Assembly (NCBI GenBank): GCA_905178155.1
Contig: CAJINV010000003.1
Location: 1,359,557 to 1,423,556, forward strand
Origin: Amoebophrya sp. A120
Taxonomy: Eukaryota; Protista; Dinoflagellata
Length of the DNA stretch: 64,000 nt
Direction of reading: 5' to 3'
Shown piece by piece: positions 13,945 through 25,815 of the stretch. Under the pieces are notes generated by a model. That model searched no databases and had not been told where the DNA came from. It saw nothing but the letters and a program-made list of their open reading frames with translations. Made by a program: the position numbers and the translations under genes. Each line of letters starts with the position of its first letter. The first letter of the stretch is position 1.

Positions 13945-14460
13945 TGAACCTTCAGAAGCTTTCTCTTCTGAAGGTCTTCTGAAGGTCCAAAATCATCACT
14001 GGAACCTTCTGAAGAAATGGAAAAAAGCCTCTTTTTTTTGAGCGAGCATACCATCGGTTTAACCGTGAGCATTTTTTTCTTCTGAAGGTCACGCCTTCAG
14101 AAGGTTTTTTTTGACCTTCAGAAGAAAAAGATGGAAAATGAGCAAAAAAACCTTCAGAAGGTGAAAAATGACCGCTTTGAAATCTTCTGAAGGTTGAAAA
14201 CCTTCAGAAGGTGGCACTTTTTTGACCTTCAGAAGACTTTCCGACTTTTTAGACAAAAAAAGGCAGTGAAGTGTCGCAATTTTGGCCAACCTTCTGAAGG
14301 TTGAAAACCTTCTTCAGAAGGTTTTTCAATTGTGTCTCCAAAGCGACAACTTTTTGCGTCCTTTTTTCCGCATTCTTCAGAAGCTTTGACCTTCTGAAGA
14401 CCATTTTCTGTAGAATCTTCTGAAGACTGAAAAGCTTCTGAAGACTTTTCAGAAAATACG
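13945..14460. repeat. Array of ~17 copies of the quasi-palindrome CTTCWGAAG
   Basis: cttcagaag/cttctgaag recur every 10-70 bp between A/T tracts; followed by atttcgaaagtgcc twice and a (gc)n run near 14540-14585. Confidence 0.85.
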
Positions 14461-14920
14461 CAAGACGCACGAAAGTGCTCAAAAGCTTTTCTGATGCGCG
14501 TTGCTTTGCTGGGCGTTTTAAAAGCATTGCTCGCGCCGCCTATTTCGAAAGTGCCACCGGCGCGCGCGCGCATTTCGAAAGTGCCCACAGGCACGACTTA
14601 GTGCGCGCCTTACTTCCTTGTGCGATGAAAGAGCGCTGCTTGTGCTAGAAGATATTTTCACAGGACGCGCTTTGGAGTTATTGTTCAGCTGCTCGCTCTG
14701 CTATTGTGCTTTTTCTCGAACTCCCCTTTGGGATTTTACTTTTGCATCAAAAAAAAGCCGTTGGCGCCTGCGGTTCCATTCTGTGTCGAGGCCTGTGCTG
14801 CTTTTTGCCTCTGAAAAGCAGTTTCTTCGGCCGCGGTGAATGCCCTGCCCTGGAGACGTCGGCTTTTTTTTATCTTTTTTGGTTCTTCTTGGCAGTTGAG
14901 TACTACCTGGAGCTTGGTCA

Positions 14921-15445
14921 GTGAGCCCGGCCGCGGACGGCGTCGCCTATGACTACCTGTTGCCTGTTTTCACTAACCAAGCAGAAAGCGCTTGCAATGC
15001 ACGTAATAACTCCAAATTTGGCCGGCTCAAGAGCGGTACGATGCTTCGTCCAGAAGAGCTTTTTATGTATGATGCTTTTGGTCTTCTATTCGCTAGTACC
15101 GCTAGGAAGCTGCAATGCAGAGCAGATGATTTGAAAAAGGACGCGACAGCTGGCAAAAAAAGTACGAAAAAACACAGGGTCGACCTGCTGCTGAGGCAAC
15201 GACTCATCACGCGAACGAAGCAAGCACATCTGTGTCGGGGACTCCTGACGCGGCTACGTTTTACGACGCTTCCGCCGAATCACGATGCTGTGAGGGATCT
15301 GAAGCTTTTCCTCCTGGCCGCGATGGAATGCATTGTCATCTACGCGTCGTTAGAGGAGCAGCTCCCCGCGCTGGGGGAGGAGGAGAGAAAAATGGTGTAC
15401 GGTACCGCTGTGTCAGATCAGCTGAGTTACTGGGAAGTTATGTGA
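14921..15445 (+). CDS. Hypothetical protein, ~174 aa (start uncertain)
   Basis: Open frame on the gene strand with protein-like composition; GTG start in the track; no family recognised. Confidence 0.3.
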   Translation: MSPAADGVAYDYLLPVFTNQAESACNARNNSKFGRLKSGTMLRPEELFMYDAFGLLFASTARKLQCRADDLKKDATAGKKSTKKHRVDLLLRQRLITRTKQAHLCRGLLTRLRFTTLPPNHDAVRDLKLFLLAAMECIVIYASLEEQLPALGEEERKMVYGTAVSDQLSYWEVM

Positions 15446-16081
15446 AATGTCGAGCCTAGGCAATGGGGCATGGTAGCGAGGCTACATGGTAGATCGTTGA
15501 ATTTCTGCTCTGATCTATTTAACAGTGATTCATTCCTGTTAATACGTCGACCCTCGACCTGGTTCTCATTCTAGTGTTAAAGACCTGAACTACAAAGCTG
15601 TCAAATGCGCAAAAGTTCTGTACAATTTCCACTAGATAACTTTCATAGAGTTGCAAAACGCTTTCCACCGTTCAAAACGAATATCACGCATTCTTTTTGC
15701 AAAGTAGTAGACCAGCCGCTGCGGGCGTGTGAAATCGACTCCTACTGATTTTCTCTAAAATTGAAGTTACTTACCCGGAATAAACGAAAAATCTGTACCT
15801 TCGTTCTTTCGCTGACTTTCACGTTATCCGTCTCTGTACTTACTGCCCCTGACGATTCTATCCGTGGTAGGTTACCCTCCTGAAGCATGTTTATTTTTCT
15901 TGTCAGATTCCTTTGTCTCTTCACTCATTTCTTTTGGCTCACTCACCAATGAATTTCCATTCTTTCGACCACGATAGATGTGTCCAAAACATGATTCCTG
16001 ATAGCGCCACGGCAACAAGTCTTCTCCCACCCACCGACGACCATCGCAGAAGTCCCCAGTAGCACTGCCTCGAACGGTGCC

Positions 16082-16897
16082 ATGTTGCCTGCGCTCTCGA
16101 GGAACGATCTCCGGGACAGCTCCTGGCGCGGCTACGGTCCAAGCGGGTTCTCGCACCCAAGCCACGCTCCAGCAAATGACAACGCACCTGAACAACAGGA
16201 GCCAAAGGGGCCATTCGACAATCCGCTACCGGCCCCGTGGCGCGCACGATTCACCCTGGTGCGGCGGCCGGCGGAGGGCGAAACAAATAAATTGAACACA
16301 AACAACGGTCCGGAATTTCACTTCACCACCACGAAACCTACAGCGTCGGCGCAGCATCAACTTGACAGAGATCATCGCGACGGAACATCAAACAGCGGTT
16401 CGCGCGTCTCCCCAGCGGACAAAATCACCCAAGAAATCGAGTACTTCGTGCCCGTCTCCGATATCCCCCACGTGGGCAGTGTGCGGCTGGTTGCTAGCCG
16501 GTTGAAAGAACTGCAGGCGGAACGGAATCGCCAAGGCGCGCAGCACGGGCAGTACCTGATCACCTCACTGAAGCGGCCGGCGGGGCCTCCGCGCTTCGAA
16601 ATCGGCTGTCACGCGTGGACGCGGGACGCGGACGGAAACTCCTGGCGGGTGCGCATCGTGGACATTGATCCGGTGTTCGGCCGCTACGACTGCATCGTCC
16701 TAGACTCTTCGCGGACCAGGCTACTGCTGTTTGAAGCCGAGCTGAACTGCAGAAAAAAAGTTTCGGCAACGACCCAGTTCCTGGAGTCAAGCTTCGGAGT
16801 AGCACAGGACGCGCTTGGAATCCTGTCTTGGACTGCAGCATTACTGCAAGACCTGCCTCGGAAGTGGGCGCACGATTACGTGGGTAGTAGCGCGTGA
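16082..16897 (+). CDS. Hypothetical protein, 271 aa, possible Tudor/SH3-like beta domain near the C-terminus
   Basis: ATG-started GC-rich ORF; FEIGCHAWTRDADGNSWRVRIVDID...YDCIV has a Tudor-like pattern (weak). Confidence 0.55.
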   Translation: MLPALSRNDLRDSSWRGYGPSGFSHPSHAPANDNAPEQQEPKGPFDNPLPAPWRARFTLVRRPAEGETNKLNTNNGPEFHFTTTKPTASAQHQLDRDHRDGTSNSGSRVSPADKITQEIEYFVPVSDIPHVGSVRLVASRLKELQAERNRQGAQHGQYLITSLKRPAGPPRFEIGCHAWTRDADGNSWRVRIVDIDPVFGRYDCIVLDSSRTRLLLFEAELNCRKKVSATTQFLESSFGVAQDALGILSWTAALLQDLPRKWAHDYVGSSA

Positions 16898-17545
16898 AGG
16901 GAAAAAAAAACTAAAATGACTACGTTTCGTTTTCCAAAACACAGAAAATCTTCCATCGATCGGCATGATTTGATCGATCGCCGCGAACTAGTTGGCTGCT
17001 ATGTGCCCTCTCTGCGCATGTATTCATGCAGCGTGTTGTGAAGGAGCAACGCCTTTTTAAACAAGAGCCAGATCTTCGCTTTTGTTCTCACCTTTACAGA
17101 TGCAAGATATAAGAAATACTGTCTATGAGCCTTAACCGAGATCGAACTTTCACTTCTCTTTCGACATACTATCGAGTTCGACGATACGACGCGTGTACGA
17201 TAGAGGACACGGGCTGATAAGTAAACATCTGGTTCATAAACTTGTTAATACGCAACTCTATAACTAAGAGAGTCGATCAGAATTAAGTAACTAAACATGA
17301 AACTAGACCACTAACTAGTAGTATCGCTATTGAAGATGCTTACCACTTCATCCTTACACAGATACTGACATGAATCTTCCTGCAGAGTCAATTTCTACGG
17401 AAACGAATGTCAGGTACCAGCGTCACGTGCTTCAATACGGATCGACCACCATTTTAGCTATTTAGGTAGTCTTTATCTTTCAAAAGAAAACGCACACGCA
17501 CACACACGACTCTCTCGTAGTCCTATTTGACACTGCAAAATCAAA

Positions 17546-19181
17546 ATGGGAAAATTCAGCCTTGAAGCTATCTACAACGGCGACCCCACGGCCTGCCACC
17601 TTCAGGAGATGACGTGCGACATCTGCCAGTGTCTTTTTGACGATGCGGTACAGTTTCCGTGTACCAACAGCCACGTCTTCTGCAAGGACTGCGTGTCTTC
17701 TTGTGACGCCTGCCCGAACTGTCGAGAGCCCTTGCCCGCCGGGAAGAAGAAAGGCAAATCGATCCAAGAGGTTAACAAGCCCCTGAGCCGCATGATGAAT
17801 AGGCTCCCCGTGCGCTGCCCCTACCATGATCTCCCTTCGCCGTCGTATGACAGAATTCGTCCCTCCAGGGATGCGGGTGGTGTCATCGACGCGGGCGCTG
17901 ATGAAGGTTTGTTTTTATTCATTGTGTGACTTCGCTTATTTGCAGCTCGTGTATTTTTTGCCTGAGCGATTCGGATCATTTTCATTTCGATTCATTGCCA
18001 TTTTCATTGCCTCTGATTCTGAGCCTGAAAGTGAGCCAGCTTGCAACTTTTCTCTTTGCTCGTCCTCCTGGTGCCGTATTCATATGCAGTTTTTCATATA
18101 AAACTACCTCTTTTCGAAAATGCAATCAGATCCGAGTCCGTCGCCACTCGCCGACGTCCTCCCTTCTTCATCTTCAACGGATAAAAAGCACCGCCCTGGA
18201 CGGAGTTCGTTGTCGCTTTCGTCTGCGGCTGATGCAGACGGCACTCGAGCAACGGATCCGGCACACAAACGAAGGCGCGTGGAGCAAGAGGACGCAAATA
18301 ACTTGCGTCCTCTCCTCGACGAACCGGCGGTGATCCCCGAACTGGTATCAAACGACACCCCCACAGACGATGATGAGTACCATTGTACTTGGACGGGTGA
18401 GTATGGGGATCTGTTGGCGCACCATCTTCGGGTTTGTCCTTTCCATTTCGTCAAGTGCCCGGAGGGGTGCGGAGCCCAGATACGACGAAAGGACGTAGAG
18501 AAGCATTTGAAGAGCTGCGAAAGTTGTCTGGTCTCGTGTGAGATATGCGGCATGCAACTGAAGAAAGACGAGTTAGCCGCGCACAACGAAGACCATGCTC
18601 AACTGCACGTGAGTATCCTGCAAAAGCGGCTGACGGACAGGTCCGGCCAAGGCGAAGATGTGGCGATGCTTACGCAGCGCCTGACTGCCCTGGAAGAGCT
18701 GAGCAAGGGTTTCAACACTGCAGAGTGGTGCGTGCCGACTCGAGAATGGTATGCCGATGCCAGCATGCCTCGTGACGCGTACGTGTGGTCACCCGACATT
18801 GATTTGGGGCGCGCGGGGGTTTGGAGGATCTCGTTTACCCGGGGGTCCGATTCCACTCCGTTTTGGCTCGGAGTGTGGGGCACGTTTGCAGGGGAAGTTT
18901 CCGTCCAACTTACGGACAAAGCGACGGGAGCACGCATTCCATTGAGCACTGGTAACACGGTGAAAGTTGTGGCAGCCTCTGAGAGGATAGGGAAGCCACC
19001 ACGTTCAAATAACCATAGCTACATTCAAATGACGGCTCGGGGCTCCTATTGCCTCGAAGGAAAGGTCGAGCACGTCCGCAACGTCAAGGAGCTTATCCTC
19101 CGTCTGTCGATCTTGAAGATCGAACACGCAGTGGTTGACACTCTAAAAACCGATAGGGCGTTCAATCGCGTACGATCCTGA
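17546..19181 (+). CDS. RING + TRAF-type zinc finger protein with a MATH-like C-terminus (E3 ubiquitin ligase-like)
   Basis: RING CDICQC...CTNSHVFCKDC...CPNC; VRCP; TRAF fingers CTWTG...HHLRVCPFHFVKCPEGC...HLKSC...CEICG...H; GT-AG intron 17907-18129 joins the two ORFs in frame. Confidence 0.85.
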
Positions 19182-20455
19182 TCCTACCATGCCGAAGTAG
19201 ACACTCTTCGCGGCTGCAGATAGCTCGTTCTTCATTCCAGAGGCGGAAATCGAAATTGGTGAGAGAAAACACAAATGAAAACGATATTCGCTTTGCACAG
19301 GAAAACTGTACAAAGACTATATCTATGCTTTCCACAGGAAAACAAAAATGATATTTGCAGTGGCCTGTAATATTCAAATTGTCCAAGGACAGGGATGCGC
19401 GCCGCACCCTCTCGGTCAGCTTCATGCTTGCGAAACGACCCCGCACTAGTGGAAGGGCGACGGCATAAACTTGATGAATCTGAGCCGTTTAGAGCTCCTC
19501 TTTCGAAAATGTGTTCCGGACATACATGCACCGGACGTTTAGCGGATTTTTTTTCCGAAGCGACGCCCCAGCATGTGGCTTGACAGATGGGAGATCCTCG
19601 CTTTTGCTCGACCTCGCTCCGGGGCCGGGCCAACTTCTCTATGCGAACGCAAAACGTGCCGGCGATTTCGAGTTCTTTGCGTGGTAGCAACGTTGTGCCG
19701 TTTGCTCTGGAGAAGTCAAGTCATAGGAGAAGGCGATCTGAAATGTTAACGTGAGCGCAAGCGCGCCTCGGTGATGATCTAGCGCGCATGTTTCTTGATG
19801 GAGGCCCCGCTTTTCTGCTCGTCTTGCTACTTATATGCAAGGCGGAAAGATGTAAGTACTCTATCATTTTGAAGATTATTTCAACGTCGGTCGCTGCCAC
19901 AGCTGGTTTTTTGAAGCGTTCATGACATGCTAGCTAATCACGAGATCTTTTCCAAATCAAGAGTATTAAAAGGTTCCCGTCGGTAAAGATCAAAATGTGA
20001 TGGCTCTTGATGTTGCAGCAAAGAAACCCATCAGTCTCGCTTTCGCAGGAACTCAGGCGCAAAGCTTTCCTCTACGACGCACAGACGGAATCCAGTAGTT
20101 TGGTCCGAAATTCTTTGTTGACATCGGTCTAATCCGCATAATAACAACTCGCCTACAGATCCTTAAATGAGTTGTTCAAATTTGAGTCGTATTTTCAGGC
20201 GTCAAAAATCCAGTTTGTCAGATTTGCATAGTCTTCACGAGTCCTCTTCACTGTATTTTCACTAGCTTCAAGTAGTTTGTCTTTGGCCTAATAGCGAATT
20301 TCTGCATCTGCCATCATTCTCCACTATTTCAAGAGTGAAAAAGTAGGAAAGTTCCAGAGCTTTGGGACCTGATTCTTTGAACAGGACAAGTGCAGCACTT
20401 CGACCAGAGCAGTTCGACTTTGCACTATTACATTGGATTTGCCATCAAAAACTGA

Positions 20456-23400
20456 ATGACGATGCGATTGCGGCAGCGGCTTTTGCTGGTTGCATTGGTT
20501 GCGTTTGATGTTGGGCCCGTGATCCAATGGCAGCACTTCTTTTCGCCAGTCGCCGGGGCGCTGGTCACGGCAGAGAAACCGGGTAACATTCAAGAACGCA
20601 AGCTGTGCCCTCTTCGTTGGCCGCAAGAACGAGAACTACCGCGAGTACCAAAACGCATTGACATGCTTCGTCGGGATGTGACTGTGGCCCTCCGACCCTT
20701 TCCAGCCGAAATGTTGAAAGATGAGCCAGGCGTCCGGGGGGGAACAGTGACCGCGTCCTCCTCGGGATTGCCATCGTTTGAGCTTTTCACGCAACAATGG
20801 TACAACATCGCGAGACGGTCGGTGGAGTTATTCCACGGAAATTTCGCGCGGTACAACAAGACTCTTGTTCAGAGTCAACGCAGTAAGTCGCCGGCGCGGA
20901 GGGCGCGGGCGAAAGCCCGTGTGTCCCGGTCGCCGCGCAACAAGACGAACAAAAAAAGCAAGGGCCGGGTGTCCCGGTCGCCGCGCAGCAAGAGGGACGA
21001 AAAGCGTGACGCGGTGCGTGCGCCGGAGCCGCGGATTGATGAGGAGGTTGATGTCGAGTCTGACATGGAGCTCGCTGACGAGTGGCTGGAGCAGTGGATG
21101 TCTTTCCAGCGTTTCCAGAGTCTTCGGGAACTTGGGGCGAAGCGGGAGCAGTCGAAAAGTAGCTGGGAAGCTGTGACACCCGACGGGGAGCCGGCCAAGC
21201 AGCAAAATATGTTTTTTGCTGCAAAAAGTATTAAAATAAATGAAATCCGTGGGGCCGAAGAAAAGGAAGAGAAAGTCATGCGAGCGGAGTTTGCGAAGAA
21301 GCTTAAACGGGCGGTAGAGAAAGCTCGAGAGTACGCGGTGGACGACGTCTCAGTCTCTGCTGGAGCTTTGGCGGGACTGCGGGGAAGCGGATCCTCGATC
21401 GCGGGAGAGGGAAGGGGGGGTCCTCGAGTCAACGCTGAGGATGCAGCACGGTCCCTCGCCGTGACGTTCTGGATGGCCGAAGCCATGTGGCGCCACTACG
21501 CGTTGCACTACACGGCGACACACCCGTACGCGCCCATTGCTGAGGAAATGGGAAAAGGTGGCCCCTATCAAAATGAAAAATCCCCCCTACCCATATCAAA
21601 GCGGAAACCTGTGATGCGGGATTTTGTTCGTACACAAGTCAACTTTGTTTTGCAGTAGAGAACTGCGCGCAGATCGTAGCCGTAGGCCTAGGCAGGGGCC
21701 TTTCGGTGTAGGCGTCTAGCATGGCAGACGTCTCACCTGTTGTAGGCCTTACAACATTGCAAGCCGCCCACATACCGCGGCGGACTCTGTGAGCTTGCCT
21801 GCTTGCAATACAGACAGGATTTGTCGTGACAAATCTGCGGCGGAAATTTTCAGAAACATGCGCGTTCCACTATGGGGCGGGGAGATATTTCCTCGCAATA
21901 GCAATACCTCTTCTCAGCAGGAGAAGTCCGTGCTTCATCCGGATATGCTCCTTCCGAAAATCACGGCGCTGCTTTTTGAGTTGTTTCGCCCGCAACTGGA
22001 GGCGAGGGTCGCACGAAAGGAAGCGGGCAGACGAATGCGGGAACGACAAACAAAAACTGACACGTTGAGCACGCAGCAGCAGCAGGGGCAGAGGGCAGGA
22101 GGAAGACGTCTGTTGTTTCCGCGGCCTTTTCTGCTGTACCTAGGCGGGGACGGCTTCGGCAGCCTTCCTCGGGAGGAACAGGACTGGGGGGGATTTGACT
22201 TCCGCGGCGCGGCGGTCTATGTAATACCGGAGGCAGTATTCGCTGGAGGGTCTGCGCCGAGGATAGTACGCGGAGGCGTAGCGAGTGGCGCCGGCGCAGA
22301 AGAAGAAGAACGCGCCGTGCTGGTTCCGCTGCGGATGCAGCCTCATGTTGAAGCTCCGTCCGCCCAGGCCAACGCACACGTGTTAACTCCCCTCCCGGAA
22401 GGCCTTTTTGCGAAAGTGGAAATGCCGAACCCGGCCCCGCTCACAGTAGGTAGCAGTTCCCTTTTTTCCTCATCTACCTCGTCGCGAAAATGTCTTTACG
22501 GGTTGTCTACCACTGCATCTTCTCCCGCCGCGTCCCTCTCTGAGCGAGCTCCTGCACGAAAAAGCCCCGGAAAGGTGCGGCAGCGTGAGGTGTTAACTGG
22601 GAGCTCGCTTGTGGTGCATTTGGTGCGGCCGATGTACTATTTGCAGCAGATCGCGCGGTCACATCTGATCGAGAAAGGAAAGCTTCCCTGGTCGGGCCTC
22701 CAGGGAAAGTTCAATTTGACGGTGCACGCGCAAACCCTGATCCTCCTCGATAAAATTCTTGACGAGGAAGATCTGCAGTCGCAGATCGACTATCACAGGC
22801 AAATATGTCTCCGTCTGGAAAGACGCAGCAAAATCGTGTTGCTGAGTGTTGCATGACACAGCGATCTTTTGTTTGGCGTCCGTGCATCACAAACTTTTCG
22901 GATGGTATTGGGGGTTCTACAATTTTTTGCATGAAAATAAACCGCCTTTCAGCACGACAAATACAGAGCTTGCTAAAAATTCTTTTGCTCTAGGTCAACT
23001 TTCGCGTCACAAATCCAGACCGAGACATAATGGTTGCAATTGATATCGACGCGGAGGCGGTTTTAGAGCGGTTAGCGAAGACGTGCTTCGTCGGGATGGG
23101 GTTGGACGTGGACGACCAGGAGGTGGAGGGAGGTCAAGAAGATGGTGTCAAGTTGTCGCTTATTCTGAGTATAAATGTTCCCACCCCATAGTCAAGTTGG
23201 TAAATCTGCAACACAAGTCTCCAACTCGTGGGAGTTATGCATGACCAGTTTCCATCTGCACCTGCAGCGTAGTGCTACTCAGCAACGACAACCGCACGAC
23301 AAAGACTTCGCTTATCCTGTTCACAGCACTGCAAATCCCAGAACACAGCGTGCCAATTTCTCTTTATATTCGGATGTGCATTGCAGATGTTTGTGTAGAC

Positions 23401-25815
23401 GCAGATCTGCGCGACAGCTATGGGGTGGCGGGGACGTTTTTCTCCAGGATATCGCCGGCCGCTTCGTCAAAGAGTCGTGAAAGATTCACCGAGTTCATGG
23501 AGACGGTAAAGCGCGCTCTTCTTTCTCCGCTGCCTTGGATCCCCAAGGGGAGCGACAAGATGACCGAAGAAGAAAAATACCGCTGGCTGCAGCAACTGAC
23601 AAAAGAAGACATTTTTGTTTCTGTCGTGATGGAGCACAATGGCATTGCGTCGTCGTCGTCGTTGGGCCAAGATTTTGAGGAAAAAGTTGCCATTTTGCCG
23701 CATGATGACGAACGGACGGCTTTTTTCGCGCAGGGTCTGGCTCGATCGGCATCCTCTACTTCCTACTCTTTTGCAACGACTCCTCTAGTTCCAGGTCCGC
23801 ATCCTCTAATTCCAGGCGTGGCTGCTACGACTCCTGCTGTTGAAGATGGTCGTCGTCTACAGACAAAACAAGACATTGCCAAGATCCTCGCGACGCGAGA
23901 CATGATATCGTCCGGGCTGGCCACAGTTGCACTGCCGCTGGCGTTATCAACTGCAAGTATGTTTGGGTCCTCTGGAGGAATGCAAGACTTTTCATGCATC
24001 TCGCGGACCACGTGCAATGGGTGGTCCGGAATGCACCCACAAGCATCACAGAATTTGTCAGACCTCCCTCGTGCTTATCCTGCATGAGACGTGCGCCTTT
24101 TGGCCTACCAAGAAGTGGGTAGTTTTTGGTGTGCATGCAAACTAATAACAGGTCCCAAATGGAAATTATGGAAGTGGACCGCTCCGGAACTAATTATGTA
24201 GCGAATAACAGTTCCCAAGTGGTGGAATTGTTTCTTGGGAGTTACGGACATCGACCAGAAGCTCCTATCACTCTAGTTTTTATAAGATAAATATATAAAG
24301 ATGGCTCGCGCAAGGCAGATTTTCATTTTTTTGGAAAGCGAGACTTTGCATATGCATGACAAGTTGCAACCTTCCAGAGGAGCCAAACGTATTTGCATTT
24401 GATAGGCACTTCCGACTGGGGAGGACGACGAGGACGAAAAGTGGGACACCGTGATTCTAAAGAATCTCCTGCTCGATGCGAGTACTACCACAGCGGCTCG
24501 TGAAGCAGGCGAACATCAAACTGGAGATGATACTACAGGAAGCGAACTAGGTACTAGTGCCCCTGCTTTCTTTCCCTTTGACAGCGAAGACCAGTTGCGA
24601 GAATACATGGGGGAAAAGCTGGACGAGGAGATCGAAACTCTGAGGGATGTTGAAATGGAAGATGCGCAAGTCGAGGAGATGTTGTCGTCTTCTACCTCGT
24701 ATCAAATGCAAATATGTCTGGGTCTGGTAGGTTGCAAGACTTGCCACGCTAAGTTTGGACCGCGCAAAAATCTGTGTTGCGTGATTGCCAAAAGCGGTTC
24801 AATTTTGACCACGTTGGTGTTGGGAGGCAGTTTCTTACGCGACGAGAAGATAAGCATGATAGAAATCTCACAGAATCTGTCGTGCTAGGTTCTTCATTCT
24901 AGACCCCACGGGTCATAGAATACGTGCATGGCAATCACCTGCTCTCTGCCAGACCCAGACACATTTGCAGTGCATACCTCGTCGCCCACAGTGGCAGAAG
25001 TCCATGTCGACGACGACCTGGCCACGCGACTTGCGAAGATGAATGTCGGCACGAACGGTAATGGAAAAAAGTGTAGTAGGGGACAAGCTTCTATGGAGTT
25101 TGGTTCAGGTTCTGCTCTTCTAGCAGGTCCTCGTGGGTCAACAGCAACAGCTGGTGCTATGTCTAGTACTCGCGGAACAAGTACGTCGCATCTGCTCGCG
25201 GCCTACTTCCCGAACGGGGAGCTCACTTTTTCAGACGCGCGCGCACCGCACGTGTTGGATCCGTCTGTTGAACGGCTGGAAGAAGAAAGCGCAGCATTTC
25301 TCGCGGCAGCGAGTGTCGAGGAGCGCGTGAGGCTTGATAGAGTTCGGAAAAACGACCGCGAGGCCCTGCTGCAATGGCAATCGAAGTGGCACGAACAAGC
25401 ACGGTCGGAGGCGGTTGCTGGCGAAAGAAGTGCAATCTATGGGAACCAGATGAAGCCGACTCAGCAGCGACGGAAGAAACGCGGTGGTCGTAAACAAGCT
25501 ACTTCTCGATCTCCTTCTCCTACCACGCGCCGGCAGGCGAAAAGAAGTGAAGGAAAAGAAGGAGATGAGGAAAGTAGGCGGAAAGAGGCCGAGCGCCGGG
25601 CGGCGTTGCTCGCGGCAAAAAAGCAGAAGGTCGTGAACGATCTCACGCGAAAGTTGGGGAAGTTCCGGTTGGTGCTGAGGGAACTGCGCAAAACGGCGGG
25701 GATTTTGGAGGGGGGAGTGCGGGCAAACTGGCAAGGTTCCCACATCAAGATGCATGCGGAGGGGGGAGGCGCGTGGACACTTCGGGTCCCGCACGGACAG
25801 GGAAGCCACCGATGA
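20456..25815 (+). CDS. Large putative secreted protein, ~1238 aa, five TIR introns, C-terminal HicA-like GSH...VPHG motif
   Basis: Exons ~20456-21564, 21905-22789, 23050-23159, 23456-23943, 24409-24698, 24981-25815 total 3717 nt with no stop. N-terminal RLRQRLLLVALVAF looks like a signal peptide. Confidence 0.7.
21566..21900. mobile_element. Degenerate introner element, family A-like
   Basis: tatcaaaatgaaaaatcccccctacccata pairs loosely with tatggggcggggagatatttcctcgcaata; TSD decayed (gcccc/gcaat); removing element + 5 nt joins ORFs 20456 and 21789 in frame. Confidence 0.65.
22791..23045. mobile_element. Introner element, family B (diverged)
   Basis: tatcacaggcaaatatgtctccgtctgga / tccagaccgagacataatggttgcaattgata; TSD tcgac; removal gives SQID|AEAVLERL. 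Confidence 0.88.
23161..23451. mobile_element. Introner element, family A (diverged)
   Basis: tattctgagtataaatgttcccaccccatag / ctatggggtggcggggacgtttttctccaggata; TSD tcgct/tcgcc; frame restored. Confidence 0.88.
23945..24404. mobile_element. Introner element, family B variant, 460 bp
   Basis: tatcaactgcaagtatgtttgggtcctctggagg / cttccagaggagccaaacgtatttgcatttgata; TSD ggcgt/ggcac; removal gives LPLA|LPTGEDD. Confidence 0.88.
24700..24976. mobile_element. Introner element, family B
   Basis: tatcaaatgcaaatatgtctgggtctgg / ccagacccagacacatttgcagtgcata; TSD cctcg; frame restored. Confidence 0.92.

Noticed and set aside
13945-14460. CRISPR array
   Set aside because: The 9-bp repeat is too short, spacers are irregular and low-complexity, there are no cas genes, and the context is eukaryotic.
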